The notes: generated from the sequence alone by a model not told the origin. 26,026 nt of DNA from a virus (IMGVR_UViG_3300017754_001452:1-26026), one strand, 5' to 3'. Numbered from the stretch's first letter, positions 16,017-25,323 are shown. Numbers and translations: made by a program.

Positions 16017-18167
16017 TTACGCGGTCCTGTCTAGTTGCAACTTTGCGTCAATGAGGTCTGCCGTGGTCCAGTTGTTGCCGCCGTTGGAGCTAAAGAGGTC
16101 CACCTGCCAGCCGGGGTTTGTCGGAGCGGCAGCGTTGACGCCAGACGACGCCGCCAGCGACGAGTCGATGAGCGACGGGGTAAGCTGCGCAGAGCCGGGG
16201 CCGTACACCGAGCGCCGCGTGAACAGGCCGATAGCCTCGATACGGGTGACGCCGCGGGGAACGCGCTCCAGCTTATAGATGCCGGGTCCAGGAATATCTT
16301 CACCGCCCGTGAGGGTGCCAGCACCGGAGATAACGGCAGAGACTACGGTGGTCGTGAACGCGAGGGAGTTTCCGGCAGTGCCGGGCACAAGCGCCTCAAC
16401 ACTCACGATAGCCCCAGGCAGAGCCGTGGCGGAAGCATCAGCGTTGGCCGTCGTTCCCGTTCCGTACTTGGTGCCAGCGCCCGACGCGGCGTTAACGGCT
16501 GCAATAAGGTTGTCGATGGTGGTGTCTGCGTCTACGCCAATGAAAACGTCGTCTGCGACCGCGAGCACCGTCTTGAAGGTGTAGGTCTTGGACCCGATGA
16601 CGCAGGTGGTGCCGTTAGTTGCGTTTGCAATGAACTCCAGCGTGCCAGAGGCCGCAATGAGCGCCGCCTGGACAAAGGTGTCGTCACGTCCCGGCTTGTC
16701 GATGGACTGATAGCCGAACAGGCCGTCATCCGTCGTAAGCTGCGTGGCGTCGCCATTCTGGGTGATAACGCGCCCGAACTGGCTGTCATCGACCGACGAG
16801 GTGTCCCAGCCCATGAGCAACTGGACATTGCCCCACGAAGGATCAGAGGCAGAGCGTGGGAAAGCTGACGTTGCGGGAGTGTATTCCGTGGGATAGCGCC
16901 CCACTCCGACCGTGTACCGGAACTCGTCAATCCAGCCGTTGAACGGGTCAGCGAGCGACGTTGCGCCAGCTTGGCGAGCGCCCACCACAAGCTGAGCCGA
17001 GGTGTTGGCGTAGGTGTTTGCGTCGGCCACGGCGGGGCCTTGGCGAACGCCGTCAATGTAGAGGCGGTTCACGCCAGCATTGCGGGAAATTGCGATGGCG
17101 TAGGGCTGGTACACGTTCGGGGTGAACGGGAAGTCGTGGACCACAACCTGAGCGCCAGACGTGCCGTCGGTGTCGATTTCCAGCGAGAGGTAATAAGCGC
17201 CGCCATTTTCGTAGAGCTTCAGGCCCCACGACACGGCTGCCGAGGGGAACCACTTGGAGGCGAGGTACTGGGTAGCCGCGGTGCCGGGCAGGCCATTCCA
17301 GCGGAACGTGCCTTCAATGGTGTAGTCGCCGGAACCAAGCTCCAGAGCCGCAGCGTCGGCGGTTCGCCACCCGCTGTTGGTATCGGGGCCTGCGTTGGGA
17401 GTTGCGCCGATCATCTGCCCCACGCCGGGTCCGAACATGCGACGGCCCGTGAAAGACCAGTCGGACGCCGGATCATCAGCGTTTGCGACCATGCGGTACA
17501 CCTTCACGCCGCCGTTGGCGTACCAAGTGTTCTGCTTCGTTCCTGTTGTGTTCTTGACGATAGGCTCGCCAAAATAATACGTGCCAAGCTGCTCAGCGAC
17601 GTTGTAGACGACGCGGTGCGCGATGATGCCGATGGTGCCAGCGAAGGTGAGGCCGCTGAAATTGGCGATGACGTTTCCGGCTGCATCCCGCATTTGCCAG
17701 ATTGCGGAGCCAGCGCCGGTAAGCAAGCGCATTTCAAAATACGTCCACGACGCCGCCACGATGACGGGGGCCGGGGTAACGGCTATCTGGGTGCCAGCGC
17801 TGTTGTAGAGCGCCATGGTGCCCGTGGGCTCGATTGAGACGTAGCAAATGAGGGCGTTTGCGTCGCTCCGGAACTCGATACGGCGACGGCCCGCGCCAAT
17901 GGGAAGGTCAGGGAAATAGAGCGGAATGCACATGAAGATTTCGGACACAGCGCCGCCAGCGAGCGAGTATCGGATATCCTGAGCGTTGGGGTCTGCGATC
18001 ATCTTCCAGGCTTTGGTGCCACCGAAGCCGCCAAAAGAGGGCTCATCCACCTGGAATTTTTCGGGCGTGAGGGACGACGGCACGGAGAGCCAGACGCCAG
18101 ACATGGTGGTGTCGGCGCAGTTTCCTACGGTGTAGCGGTTGGGGCTGTCAACGAACGCGAGGGCCAT
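16017..18167 (-). CDS. Virion structural protein with concanavalin A/LamG-like lectin domain(s)
   Basis: 716 aa. GSGDYTIEG, RLYIDG and FNGWIDEFRYTVGVGRY are LamG-type signatures. It also has a beta-rich N-terminal domain. Confidence 0.8.
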   Translation of the reverse strand: MALAFVDSPNRYTVGNCADTTMSGVWLSVPSSLTPEKFQVDEPSFGGFGGTKAWKMIADPNAQDIRYSLAGGAVSEIFMCIPLYFPDLPIGAGRRRIEFRSDANALICYVSIEPTGTMALYNSAGTQIAVTPAPVIVAASWTYFEMRLLTGAGSAIWQMRDAAGNVIANFSGLTFAGTIGIIAHRVVYNVAEQLGTYYFGEPIVKNTTGTKQNTWYANGGVKVYRMVANADDPASDWSFTGRRMFGPGVGQMIGATPNAGPDTNSGWRTADAAALELGSGDYTIEGTFRWNGLPGTAATQYLASKWFPSAAVSWGLKLYENGGAYYLSLEIDTDGTSGAQVVVHDFPFTPNVYQPYAIAISRNAGVNRLYIDGVRQGPAVADANTYANTSAQLVVGARQAGATSLADPFNGWIDEFRYTVGVGRYPTEYTPATSAFPRSASDPSWGNVQLLMGWDTSSVDDSQFGRVITQNGDATQLTTDDGLFGYQSIDKPGRDDTFVQAALIAASGTLEFIANATNGTTCVIGSKTYTFKTVLAVADDVFIGVDADTTIDNLIAAVNAASGAGTKYGTGTTANADASATALPGAIVSVEALVPGTAGNSLAFTTTVVSAVISGAGTLTGGEDIPGPGIYKLERVPRGVTRIEAIGLFTRRSVYGPGSAQLTPSLIDSSLAASSGVNAAAPTNPGWQVDLFSSNGGNNWTTADLIDAKLQLDRTA

Positions 18168-18168
18168 T

Positions 18169-19392
18169 TTACGTCCTTAGCCGGAAAGCTTCTTCAATTG
18201 CATGGTTTGATAGCCTTTCCCCAGACGTATTGCGACATACGCCCGTGCTATCGAAATAAATAATATCGTCCTGCATCACCTGTGCGGTGCCAGCGATAAT
18301 GCCGTAACGAAGCTGGCGACCTTGGATCGGGGCAAAGGGAATATCTGCGTCACCCGTGGGGGACCAGGGCTCGATGGTAGTCTGCCCAAGCGCCCAGAAC
18401 GTGCCGCCGACCGTCGCCACCTGCAACACTTGGTCGGGTTCGCTTTCCGCCTCTGCGAAGATTTCCACCCAGAACTCTGCCGGGCGAATAAAGTACATGC
18501 GCTGCGAGTCAGCGACGGAAATAATCACATACGCGGCGAGAGTGCAGACCGACGTAGCCGACGCCGAGACAGGCTCGTCTTCCGGGATACCAACGGGGAC
18601 GAGGATATTGTCTCCACCGTTGAGTAGCGTACCCGCTGCCCAATTGAGGTTGACCGACGTGTCTGTGGTAACGAGAGTGTTTCCAGCCACACCTGCGATG
18701 CGTGCCTGTACCACCAGACGAGTTGGCTCGACCCGGCGCTTTTCGATGTTTGGGTTTGCCGTGAGGCTAGTAGAATATGTGCCGCCAGGAGTACCGGATG
18801 CGTCAACTGCGTCCCCAAGGTTTTGCAGCGAGCCCTCGGTCGTCAGACCAATGAGAACAAGCCACGGATCAGTAACCGTACCAGCGGGCGTTCCGGCGTC
18901 AACTCCAGAGGTGACAAATTGATAGTAAATGGCCCCCATACGGACCACATCGCCGTTCGATGGCTGACCAAGCGCGGTGAGCGTGCCCTGCGCTTTGAAC
19001 TCGCCTTCGTAATACCAGAGGTTAACTCCATCAGCGAGCCACAGGCGCTCCACGCCGGGGGAGGCTTGGTAGGTGATGGAGACGGGGGCTGCGCTGTCTG
19101 AGAGCGTGCCGGTAAGGGTGGTCAGCGTCGTGCCGTCCCAGCGGTACAGGGTGCGGTTGGCGCAGACAAACAGGTCGCCACCCAGAAACCCAGGCTGCGA
19201 GAAAATACCCCGCAGGGGCGTGGAACCGAACGCCTTGTAAAAAGACGTGCCAGGACGCGCCAGCAGGGCGGTATCGTCAATGGTGGACGTAATGTCTTTT
19301 TCAAAGAAGCGGTTGAGCAGGGGGAGGTCAATTTCCCCAGCGTAATTCCGCGCCCATGTGCTACGCCCCAGGGGAACTTTGGTGATGCTCAT
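18169..19392 (-). CDS. N-terminal half of P22 gp10-like tail hub protein
   Basis: LLNRFFE...LLARPG...RG, AEAESEPD, LGQTTIEPW..TGD...PF and RLSNHAIEE motifs. Directly follows the adaptor gene. Confidence 0.8.
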   Translation of the reverse strand: MSITKVPLGRSTWARNYAGEIDLPLLNRFFEKDITSTIDDTALLARPGTSFYKAFGSTPLRGIFSQPGFLGGDLFVCANRTLYRWDGTTLTTLTGTLSDSAAPVSITYQASPGVERLWLADGVNLWYYEGEFKAQGTLTALGQPSNGDVVRMGAIYYQFVTSGVDAGTPAGTVTDPWLVLIGLTTEGSLQNLGDAVDASGTPGGTYSTSLTANPNIEKRRVEPTRLVVQARIAGVAGNTLVTTDTSVNLNWAAGTLLNGGDNILVPVGIPEDEPVSASATSVCTLAAYVIISVADSQRMYFIRPAEFWVEIFAEAESEPDQVLQVATVGGTFWALGQTTIEPWSPTGDADIPFAPIQGRQLRYGIIAGTAQVMQDDIIYFDSTGVCRNTSGERLSNHAIEEAFRLRT

Positions 19393-20114
19393 TAGAACAC
19401 CGTGCCGCGGTTACCATTCCAGCCGGTGTAGGAGTCCCAGAGGATATCAGGGTTGGCCGAGCTATTGTCCGACATATAGCGGCTATTGAACCTGGATTTC
19501 ACGTCCTGGTAAATCTGAGCCGTTATTTCGTCCATCGACACGCCATAGCGCGGATTGAGCCGCAGCGCCAAATCGATGCTGAAAAGGGTATCGAACTCTG
19601 TAGGAAAAGGAATATTCTGGGAAAGGCCCAGGTCCGTAACGGTAATCCACTGCCCCAAATCCCTACGGTATAGTAGGTTGACACCCACGCCGGAGGTTGA
19701 AAGGGTAATGCTGACGCCATCATCAACGAGGTTACCATTGCCCACCAGGGTCAGAGGGAAAGTGCCGAAATTCTTGCCCACATCGATAACGATGAGGCGC
19801 GATCCGTCGCTAGGGGACGGCGGCAGCAGCACGGAGTACGTGTTGTCCATGATGCAGTTGAGGTAAACGTCCTGCGGCAATGCCGTATGTGGCACGAAAG
19901 ACGTGAAGTCGCGCAACACAACCCCACGCTGTTGCTTAATGGACGAAACAGCGCCCAGCCAGCACGTCAGCACGGGGGGGCGGATACGCCGCGACACCAC
20001 ACCTTGCAGCAGGGTAAGCGCTTCCGCTTGTTCATCATCCGTGGGAGGAACATTGAGGTCCAGGATTTGGGATTCCCGGAACGCCTGACGGATGATGGCC
20101 TGAGCAGTGGTCAC
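19392..20114 (-). CDS. Head-tail adaptor, P22 gp4-like, with inserted beta domain
   Basis: TAQAIIRQAFRES...EALTLL N-terminus and LALRLNPRYG C-terminal motif, in the expected position. Confidence 0.75.
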   Translation of the reverse strand: MTTAQAIIRQAFRESQILDLNVPPTDDEQAEALTLLQGVVSRRIRPPVLTCWLGAVSSIKQQRGVVLRDFTSFVPHTALPQDVYLNCIMDNTYSVLLPPSPSDGSRLIVIDVGKNFGTFPLTLVGNGNLVDDGVSITLSTSGVGVNLLYRRDLGQWITVTDLGLSQNIPFPTEFDTLFSIDLALRLNPRYGVSMDEITAQIYQDVKSRFNSRYMSDNSSANPDILWDSYTGWNGNRGTVF

Positions 20115-20402
20115 TTATTCTACCGTGATTTTTCCGAGGGCGACGAGTTTTTCGTAGAGAGTGCGTGGGGCAGCGTTAGCGTGTATTTTCTCCCCCTCTT
20201 TACGAAGCATTTGGATGAGGGCGGTCTTGTAGTAGCCGCCGTGAGCGTCAGGGCCGTCTTCAGGCTTCGCGGCGTCGGGCTCCACAATCAGGTGAGCTTC
20301 CTCGGGCGGATACCAGCCGACAGGCACGTCTTCCGGTTTTTCAAAAATACCGGATGCGCCGCCAGGACCGAAGCGCCAGGATGGCCAAGCAACAAAACTC
20401 AT
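20115..20402 (-). CDS. Hypothetical protein (WPSWRFGP...VPVGW, possible C-terminal helix-extension-helix)
   Basis: 95 aa with a strong AGGAGG SD. Confidence 0.8.
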   Translation of the reverse strand: MSFVAWPSWRFGPGGASGIFEKPEDVPVGWYPPEEAHLIVEPDAAKPEDGPDAHGGYYKTALIQMLRKEGEKIHANAAPRTLYEKLVALGKITVE

Positions 20403-20411
20403 TTATTCCTC

Positions 20412-20528
20412 CTAAGCAACCATGGGCTGCGGGTAAAACCACTCACCGTCCTCGTACTCATCCTCATCATCCGACTCGTCTAGCGGGTCGATGATTTCTT
20501 CTGGAAGTATGAGCCAGATGACGGACAT
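20412..20528 (-). CDS. 38-aa acidic mini-protein MSVIWLILPEEIIDPLDESDDEDEYEDGEWFYPQPMVA
   Basis: Hand translation. TAAGG SD, fills the gap, and its TAG overlaps the next gene's SD. Confidence 0.65.
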   Translation of the reverse strand: MSVIWLILPEEIIDPLDESDDEDEYEDGEWFYPQPMVA

Positions 20529-20536
20529 TTCATACC

Positions 20537-20854
20537 TTATTGGTCCCGAATGACGCCGAACTCAACATCGCCTTGCAGGGCTTTTTGCTGCGGGACGCGC
20601 ACATAAAAGAGCGCTGCCGTCGCTGCCGGATAAAGCTGCTGGAACTCCCAGCCGCTAGAACCCTGATCGTTGTTGGGAAGATGGGTCGTGAACCCGGTTG
20701 CGTCGTTCGGAGCGCCAGCGGCGGTAACGGCAAGCTGCCACTTCACGCCGTCACGAATGCGAACCTTCAGGAAGACGGGGTTGGTCGCAACCAGCACCCA
20801 GTCGGTGGTTTTATCGCCAGGGGGGACGGCAATATTGACGCTGGAATAAGCCAT
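20537..20854 (-). CDS. Hypothetical beta-rich protein, possible capsid decoration protein
   Basis: 105 aa, GGAG SD, immediately after the coat gene. Confidence 0.7.
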   Translation of the reverse strand: MAYSSVNIAVPPGDKTTDWVLVATNPVFLKVRIRDGVKWQLAVTAAGAPNDATGFTTHLPNNDQGSSGWEFQQLYPAATAALFYVRVPQQKALQGDVEFGVIRDQ

Positions 20855-20880
20855 TTTAAGCTCCGAAATTCATCTTTTGG

Positions 20881-20909
20881 ATGCTATCCAAGTTGTTTCT
20901 CGTAAACAA
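20881..20909 (-). promoter_or_regulatory. Possible sigma70-like promoter TTGTTT-N17-TAGCAT
   Basis: Partial match to consensus with exact 17-nt spacing, in the largest non-coding gap of the operon. Confidence 0.3.
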
Positions 20910-20937
20910 TACGCCCCGCCTTTTTAGGTGCGGGGCG
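20904..20937 (-). terminator. Intrinsic terminator-like hairpin after the coat gene (probably leaky)
   Basis: CGCCCCGC...GCGGGGCG stem followed by an interrupted U tract TATTGTTT. Confidence 0.65.
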
Positions 20938-20963
20938 CTTGCTAGTTGCTACATCACTCAGCC

Positions 20964-22286
20964 TTAGCCGTTGATGCGGACCACTTTGAACCGTCCGAAC
21001 GCTTCCGTGTTGAACTGGTACGGAGTGTCGAAACGAGTGATCGTGGAGCCGGTGTTGCCGTTGGAGTAACGGTGGGCGCGGAGGGTCAGCGGAACCGACT
21101 TCATCTTGCGCTTGGCGTTCTCACCCGACGGCAGGTCTTCCAGGTCAGCCGAGATAACACGGCCCACGCTGCGAGCCACGATGGCGCGCTGGACGTAGTT
21201 CGTGCTGGCGGCACCAACCCAGGTGATGACAGCGTTGTCAGCCGGGGCAGCCTGGACGGTCGCGTTGGCGTTGTTGACACCAAGGTCGCCCGTGACAGTC
21301 GCGTTCTGCACGACGATGGCCGGGAAGATACGGAGAGCCGCCACAGCGCCACCCGCGTCTGCCGTTGCATCGCCAACAACACGGAACTGCTGGAGACGGC
21401 CCATGGACGCACCTTTGCGGTTGTCCCAGGCGTTGACGCCAGCGATGGTGAAGACTTCGCCATCTTTGATCGTCGCGTTGGCACCGAAGCCGTCCGCCGC
21501 GATGGTCTGCGTGAGGAAGCGACCATTGGTCGTGGTGGATTGGGCGACAGCCGTGTAGTTCACGTTTTGTGCCGCACCGTTGACAGCGCCGTTGGTGCGC
21601 GTGCCCGTGGCGAAGGTCGGAACTTGCTGGGTGAACATGACTTTCATGCCCGCCATGTCCCGGAGTTTGGAGTTGTTGCCAAACGTGCCGAGGATTTCAG
21701 CTTGCGTGTTGTTCGCCGGGCGGATCGTTTCCGCGACGTATTTGCCGAGGATCGACATATCCGAGTACGGCAGGATCGCGAACATTTCGCCATCCGGCAC
21801 GCCTTCTTCCTTCAGACGGACGTAGCCGTCGAGAAGTGCCTGGATATCGTCTACAGCCGCGCCGGGAGTACCGACCCAGTTGTTGCCAGCCAGCATGGTG
21901 CTGGAGAGCAGGGCGGCGTCCACTTTTTCGCCAGCGTTTTGGCCGATGGCGCGCAGGCGGTCGTCACGGAGAGCCATGTCTTCGTCGCGAATGTGCGCGA
22001 AGTCCTCGAACGTGTAGTCCAGCGTGATACCGCTGTTGAGTGCGTAGATTTCCGCACCCAGGGCAGTGTCCTGCTGAGCCGCCGAGAGGTCAGCGATGGT
22101 GCCGGTCCAGGCCCGCGTATTGAAGCGGGGCGGAACGCGCTCAATCACTTGGAAGCGGTTCGTGGGGGAGATTTTGGATTGCGACTTGTCCTGCCAGCGC
22201 AGGAGTTTGGACGCGAAAAGGGTGTTCTCCATCGCCGCGCAAATGGCGTCGGTGACGAGAGCAAGCTGCGGTTGACTGTTGGCCAT
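20964..22286 (-). CDS. Major capsid protein, P22 coat (gp5) family
   Basis: 440 aa, located after the scaffold. GEVFTIAGV...LQQFRV...IFPAI...APADNAVIT insertion-domain signature and TITRFD near the C-terminus. Confidence 0.92.
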   Translation of the reverse strand: MANSQPQLALVTDAICAAMENTLFASKLLRWQDKSQSKISPTNRFQVIERVPPRFNTRAWTGTIADLSAAQQDTALGAEIYALNSGITLDYTFEDFAHIRDEDMALRDDRLRAIGQNAGEKVDAALLSSTMLAGNNWVGTPGAAVDDIQALLDGYVRLKEEGVPDGEMFAILPYSDMSILGKYVAETIRPANNTQAEILGTFGNNSKLRDMAGMKVMFTQQVPTFATGTRTNGAVNGAAQNVNYTAVAQSTTTNGRFLTQTIAADGFGANATIKDGEVFTIAGVNAWDNRKGASMGRLQQFRVVGDATADAGGAVAALRIFPAIVVQNATVTGDLGVNNANATVQAAPADNAVITWVGAASTNYVQRAIVARSVGRVISADLEDLPSGENAKRKMKSVPLTLRAHRYSNGNTGSTITRFDTPYQFNTEAFGRFKVVRING

Positions 22287-22292
22287 GTGATG

Positions 22293-23192
22293 TTACCAGA
22301 CGTTGTTTTGAGCCTTGAGCATTTTCTCGTAGCGGGCATCAGCTTCTTTGGTAAACTGACCGTTTCCGCCACGCGGCTGCTCGGGGGTGGGTTGAGCTTT
22401 TGTGACTTTCGCCGCCACCTTTGCCGAACTGGCGAGACGGGCGGAAATCTTTCCAAACTCAAGGGTTTGGTCCATCGGCTCCATGGCCGTGATCTTTTCC
22501 AGCAATTCCGGGTGCTGGCCCAAATGGTAGAACACGTCTTCCGCGTTCTCCAATTTCACCAGCCTTTGTAAAGCCTGCGGTGACGGCGGCATCGCTTCAA
22601 GAGCGTTCTGCACTACTTCTTCAAAATCGTTGTACTTGTCAACACCCCGTTTACCGACAGAATCGGCAGTGGCGGCGAGACTTGCCATTTCGACTTGTTG
22701 ACGCGCGCTTTCCGTGTGCTGCATCGTAGCGTCACGAGCGGTCTTTTCGGCCTTTTGAGCGATATAAGTCTCAAAATCCTCGTCGTATTTGGCCTTGGCT
22801 TCTTCGTACTTGGGGTCCCAGCGGCCAAGCTCGAAATCGTCGGCCTTCGGGCGCGTCGGGGCTTTCACCGCATCATCTGCGGCGTTTTGTCGCGGGGCAG
22901 CTTTGGACGCGGCAAGTTCTTGCTCAAGCTGGGCAACGCGAGCGATGGCGTCGTCTGCCTGTTTTTTGGCCCGGCGTGCGAAAAATGCCTCACGGGCAGC
23001 CGCGCGCTTGGCGGGGTCTTCCTCTTGGGCCGCTTCTTCCTTCACGGGCTCTTTGGGCTCGTCAACCTTCGCAGCCTTAGCAGCTTCCGCTTTGGCGGCG
23101 TCTTCCACCTGCTGCGGGACCACAAACTCTGCGGGGTTGCTTTCGTTCTCAGAGAAAACGACTTCGTTGGTTACTTCTGTGTTATCAGTCAT
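22293..23192 (-). CDS. Capsid scaffolding protein
   Basis: 299 aa, acidic and coiled-coil. P.RP...DF, YNDFEEVV and VFYHLGQHPE motifs. Lies between portal and coat. Confidence 0.85.
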   Translation of the reverse strand: MTDNTEVTNEVVFSENESNPAEFVVPQQVEDAAKAEAAKAAKVDEPKEPVKEEAAQEEDPAKRAAAREAFFARRAKKQADDAIARVAQLEQELAASKAAPRQNAADDAVKAPTRPKADDFELGRWDPKYEEAKAKYDEDFETYIAQKAEKTARDATMQHTESARQQVEMASLAATADSVGKRGVDKYNDFEEVVQNALEAMPPSPQALQRLVKLENAEDVFYHLGQHPELLEKITAMEPMDQTLEFGKISARLASSAKVAAKVTKAQPTPEQPRGGNGQFTKEADARYEKMLKAQNNVW

Positions 23193-25323
23193 TGTTAGTC
23201 TTTGCCTCCACTGGCTTTGGAATCGGGGTCTTCTCGATTTTCTCGATTTCAGCGAGAACTTTTGCAGTCTGGGCGAGGATCAGGTCCATACGCTTATCCA
23301 TTTCCTGCATTTTTGCGGTAGTCATGCGGGCGTCGTCTTCCGCTTTCAGGGCGCGCTCGTAAGCCTGGGTCTTTTCGGACTCGGCTGTGGCACGCGAAGC
23401 CTCGGCAGCGGCACGGCGCGCTTCCGCGTCGGCAAGCTTCTTGTCGATTTCCGCCTGGGCGTTCGCAAATTCCATTTCCTGCTGCTTCTGAGCAAGAGCG
23501 GCCTGCTGTTCTGCGGCGGCGACGGCTTCCGGATCGTCCTTGTCCAACACTCCCGAACGCTCGCGGAGAGCCTTCGTGAGCTTGTCGGTGCCAGGAATAT
23601 TCAGAAGCTCGATCAGTTCCGGCGCGACCAACCCCATGAGTTCGGGATTGGAATTGAACATGGTTTCGTAGAAGGCAATGGCTTGTGCTCGTTGCGTATC
23701 CGCGCTAGGGCCTGTTGAAGCATCCACGGCGTATCGCCCGAGAGTAATATCTTCGCTCTCAGGATTATCTGGATCATTGAGGATCGCGTCCTTGGCCTTG
23801 CCGTCGTCACCAATGATTTTCGCGACGCGCGGTCCATCATATACGCTTGGGATGATCTGGTTGACGAGGCGGTAGACTTCTTTTTTCGCAGCCAGCACCA
23901 TTTCGTCGTAAATCATGCCGCCGTTGTCAGCGATGTTCTGCTGTTGTTCCAGCGCGACGCCGGAGTGCGGAGTAGAGCCCTCCAGGCCGACGAGGCCGGG
24001 TTTCAGGCCGAAAATATCGTAAATAGACTGCTGGGCAGCCTGGGTTTCGATGATTGCCGCTTGGTCAACAACGGGAGCTTCCACCTGTTCCGGCTTCGGC
24101 CCACGCCATTTAAGCACGCCGCCACGCATTTTGTGCGCGTTGCGATACGCCGCTTCCTGTTCAGCAGAGAGCGCGTCTTCCTGCGCTTCGTACTGAGCGC
24201 GGTTACGGTAAACGATACGCTCGATACGGTCGGATTTGACGTAGTTGTAGAAGCTGAGCGCGTCTTTGGCGAAATTAATCATGCCGTAGCGCTCGATACG
24301 CTCTCCGACCATGAGCATCCAGCCAGGGCAGCGCACGATTGGCACGCGGTCCACGGGGAGTTCGTAGGGCTTGCCCAGGATTTGAGCGCCGTTTGTGACG
24401 ATACCGCGGGCGTACTTGACCTTGGAGTCGCGCACGATGGGTTGGCCGTTGGGGCGGATCACGACGGTATGCACACCGCCAGCGCCATCCGGCATCCCAA
24501 ACGTCATGGGGTCTTTGCCCGTGATATCCACAGTTTCGCCGTTGGTGAGCATGGCGAGCGTTCGGGTGCGCTCATGCATCGTCCAGACCGTTGCGATCCT
24601 TACGGTATCTTCGTTAATCCAGTCGCCGTAGCCGATGGTCTTGTTGGTGCCGATGGTGAGGGGCAGCGTAATGCTGTTGGCGGGGTTGGAGCCAATGTCG
24701 GCAAGCTCAGCGTCGGGATAGAGCACCTTGAAGTCGTCGCGCGACAGGATCGTCTCTTTCATGACGCGGCGGGCGTCACGTCCAGTCGGTTCGGTGGACA
24801 GGCCATCCCAGATTACGGCCCAGGGGTTGGCGTCGGTCTTGATGAAAATGTCGGTGTCGAACACGTCGGCGTTGGCGTACTCGATGCAGACTTCGTAGTT
24901 GCCGATGCCAGCAATAAGCTGGTTTTGAGAAATAATCCCGTCCACAGTGGGGATATCGGAATTGCGCTCAATATTGCGGGTCAGGCCCTCACGGATGAAG
25001 GCGATACTGTCATACTGCTTTCCCGCACTGATGGGGAGGATACGTGGGCCGATGCGACGCCGAGCGCGTGCTCCGAGGCGATCACGAAGTAGCGACGGAA
25101 CCATGTTGAAGGTCATCGCCGGAATATTGTTTTCCGTGCGCCACGCATAGTCTGCGGCAGGCCACTGGTAGCCAGCGGCGTAGCGGGTGACGTCAATACC
25201 GCGGTCACGGTTTCGGGCGTCGGCATCCAAGTCGTCCTGACGCCACTGACGCACTGCCGCGCAAAAGCTTTCCTCGTCTTTGAAATCTTCAAGCGTCAGG
25301 GTGTTTGTGGTTACCAGGGGCAT
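23185..25323 (-). CDS. Portal protein, P22 gp1-like
   Basis: 712 aa. G.QW...P.MTFN, KD....NY, SG.AL..QQ and D.T.GRY.V...GPS..TQR motifs, with a long C-terminal coiled-coil barrel. Confidence 0.92.
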   Translation of the reverse strand: MPLVTTNTLTLEDFKDEESFCAAVRQWRQDDLDADARNRDRGIDVTRYAAGYQWPAADYAWRTENNIPAMTFNMVPSLLRDRLGARARRRIGPRILPISAGKQYDSIAFIREGLTRNIERNSDIPTVDGIISQNQLIAGIGNYEVCIEYANADVFDTDIFIKTDANPWAVIWDGLSTEPTGRDARRVMKETILSRDDFKVLYPDAELADIGSNPANSITLPLTIGTNKTIGYGDWINEDTVRIATVWTMHERTRTLAMLTNGETVDITGKDPMTFGMPDGAGGVHTVVIRPNGQPIVRDSKVKYARGIVTNGAQILGKPYELPVDRVPIVRCPGWMLMVGERIERYGMINFAKDALSFYNYVKSDRIERIVYRNRAQYEAQEDALSAEQEAAYRNAHKMRGGVLKWRGPKPEQVEAPVVDQAAIIETQAAQQSIYDIFGLKPGLVGLEGSTPHSGVALEQQQNIADNGGMIYDEMVLAAKKEVYRLVNQIIPSVYDGPRVAKIIGDDGKAKDAILNDPDNPESEDITLGRYAVDASTGPSADTQRAQAIAFYETMFNSNPELMGLVAPELIELLNIPGTDKLTKALRERSGVLDKDDPEAVAAAEQQAALAQKQQEMEFANAQAEIDKKLADAEARRAAAEASRATAESEKTQAYERALKAEDDARMTTAKMQEMDKRMDLILAQTAKVLAEIEKIEKTPIPKPVEAKTNND

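Noticed and set aside
16010-16035. Frameshift or readthrough fusing the 716-aa protein to the hub C-half
   Set aside because: The downstream frame has a TAG a few codons upstream of the GTG, and no slippery site is visible.
20946-22571. 541-aa plus-strand ORF antisense to the coat gene
   Set aside because: Shadow ORF from GC-rich codon bias, with no recognisable motifs.
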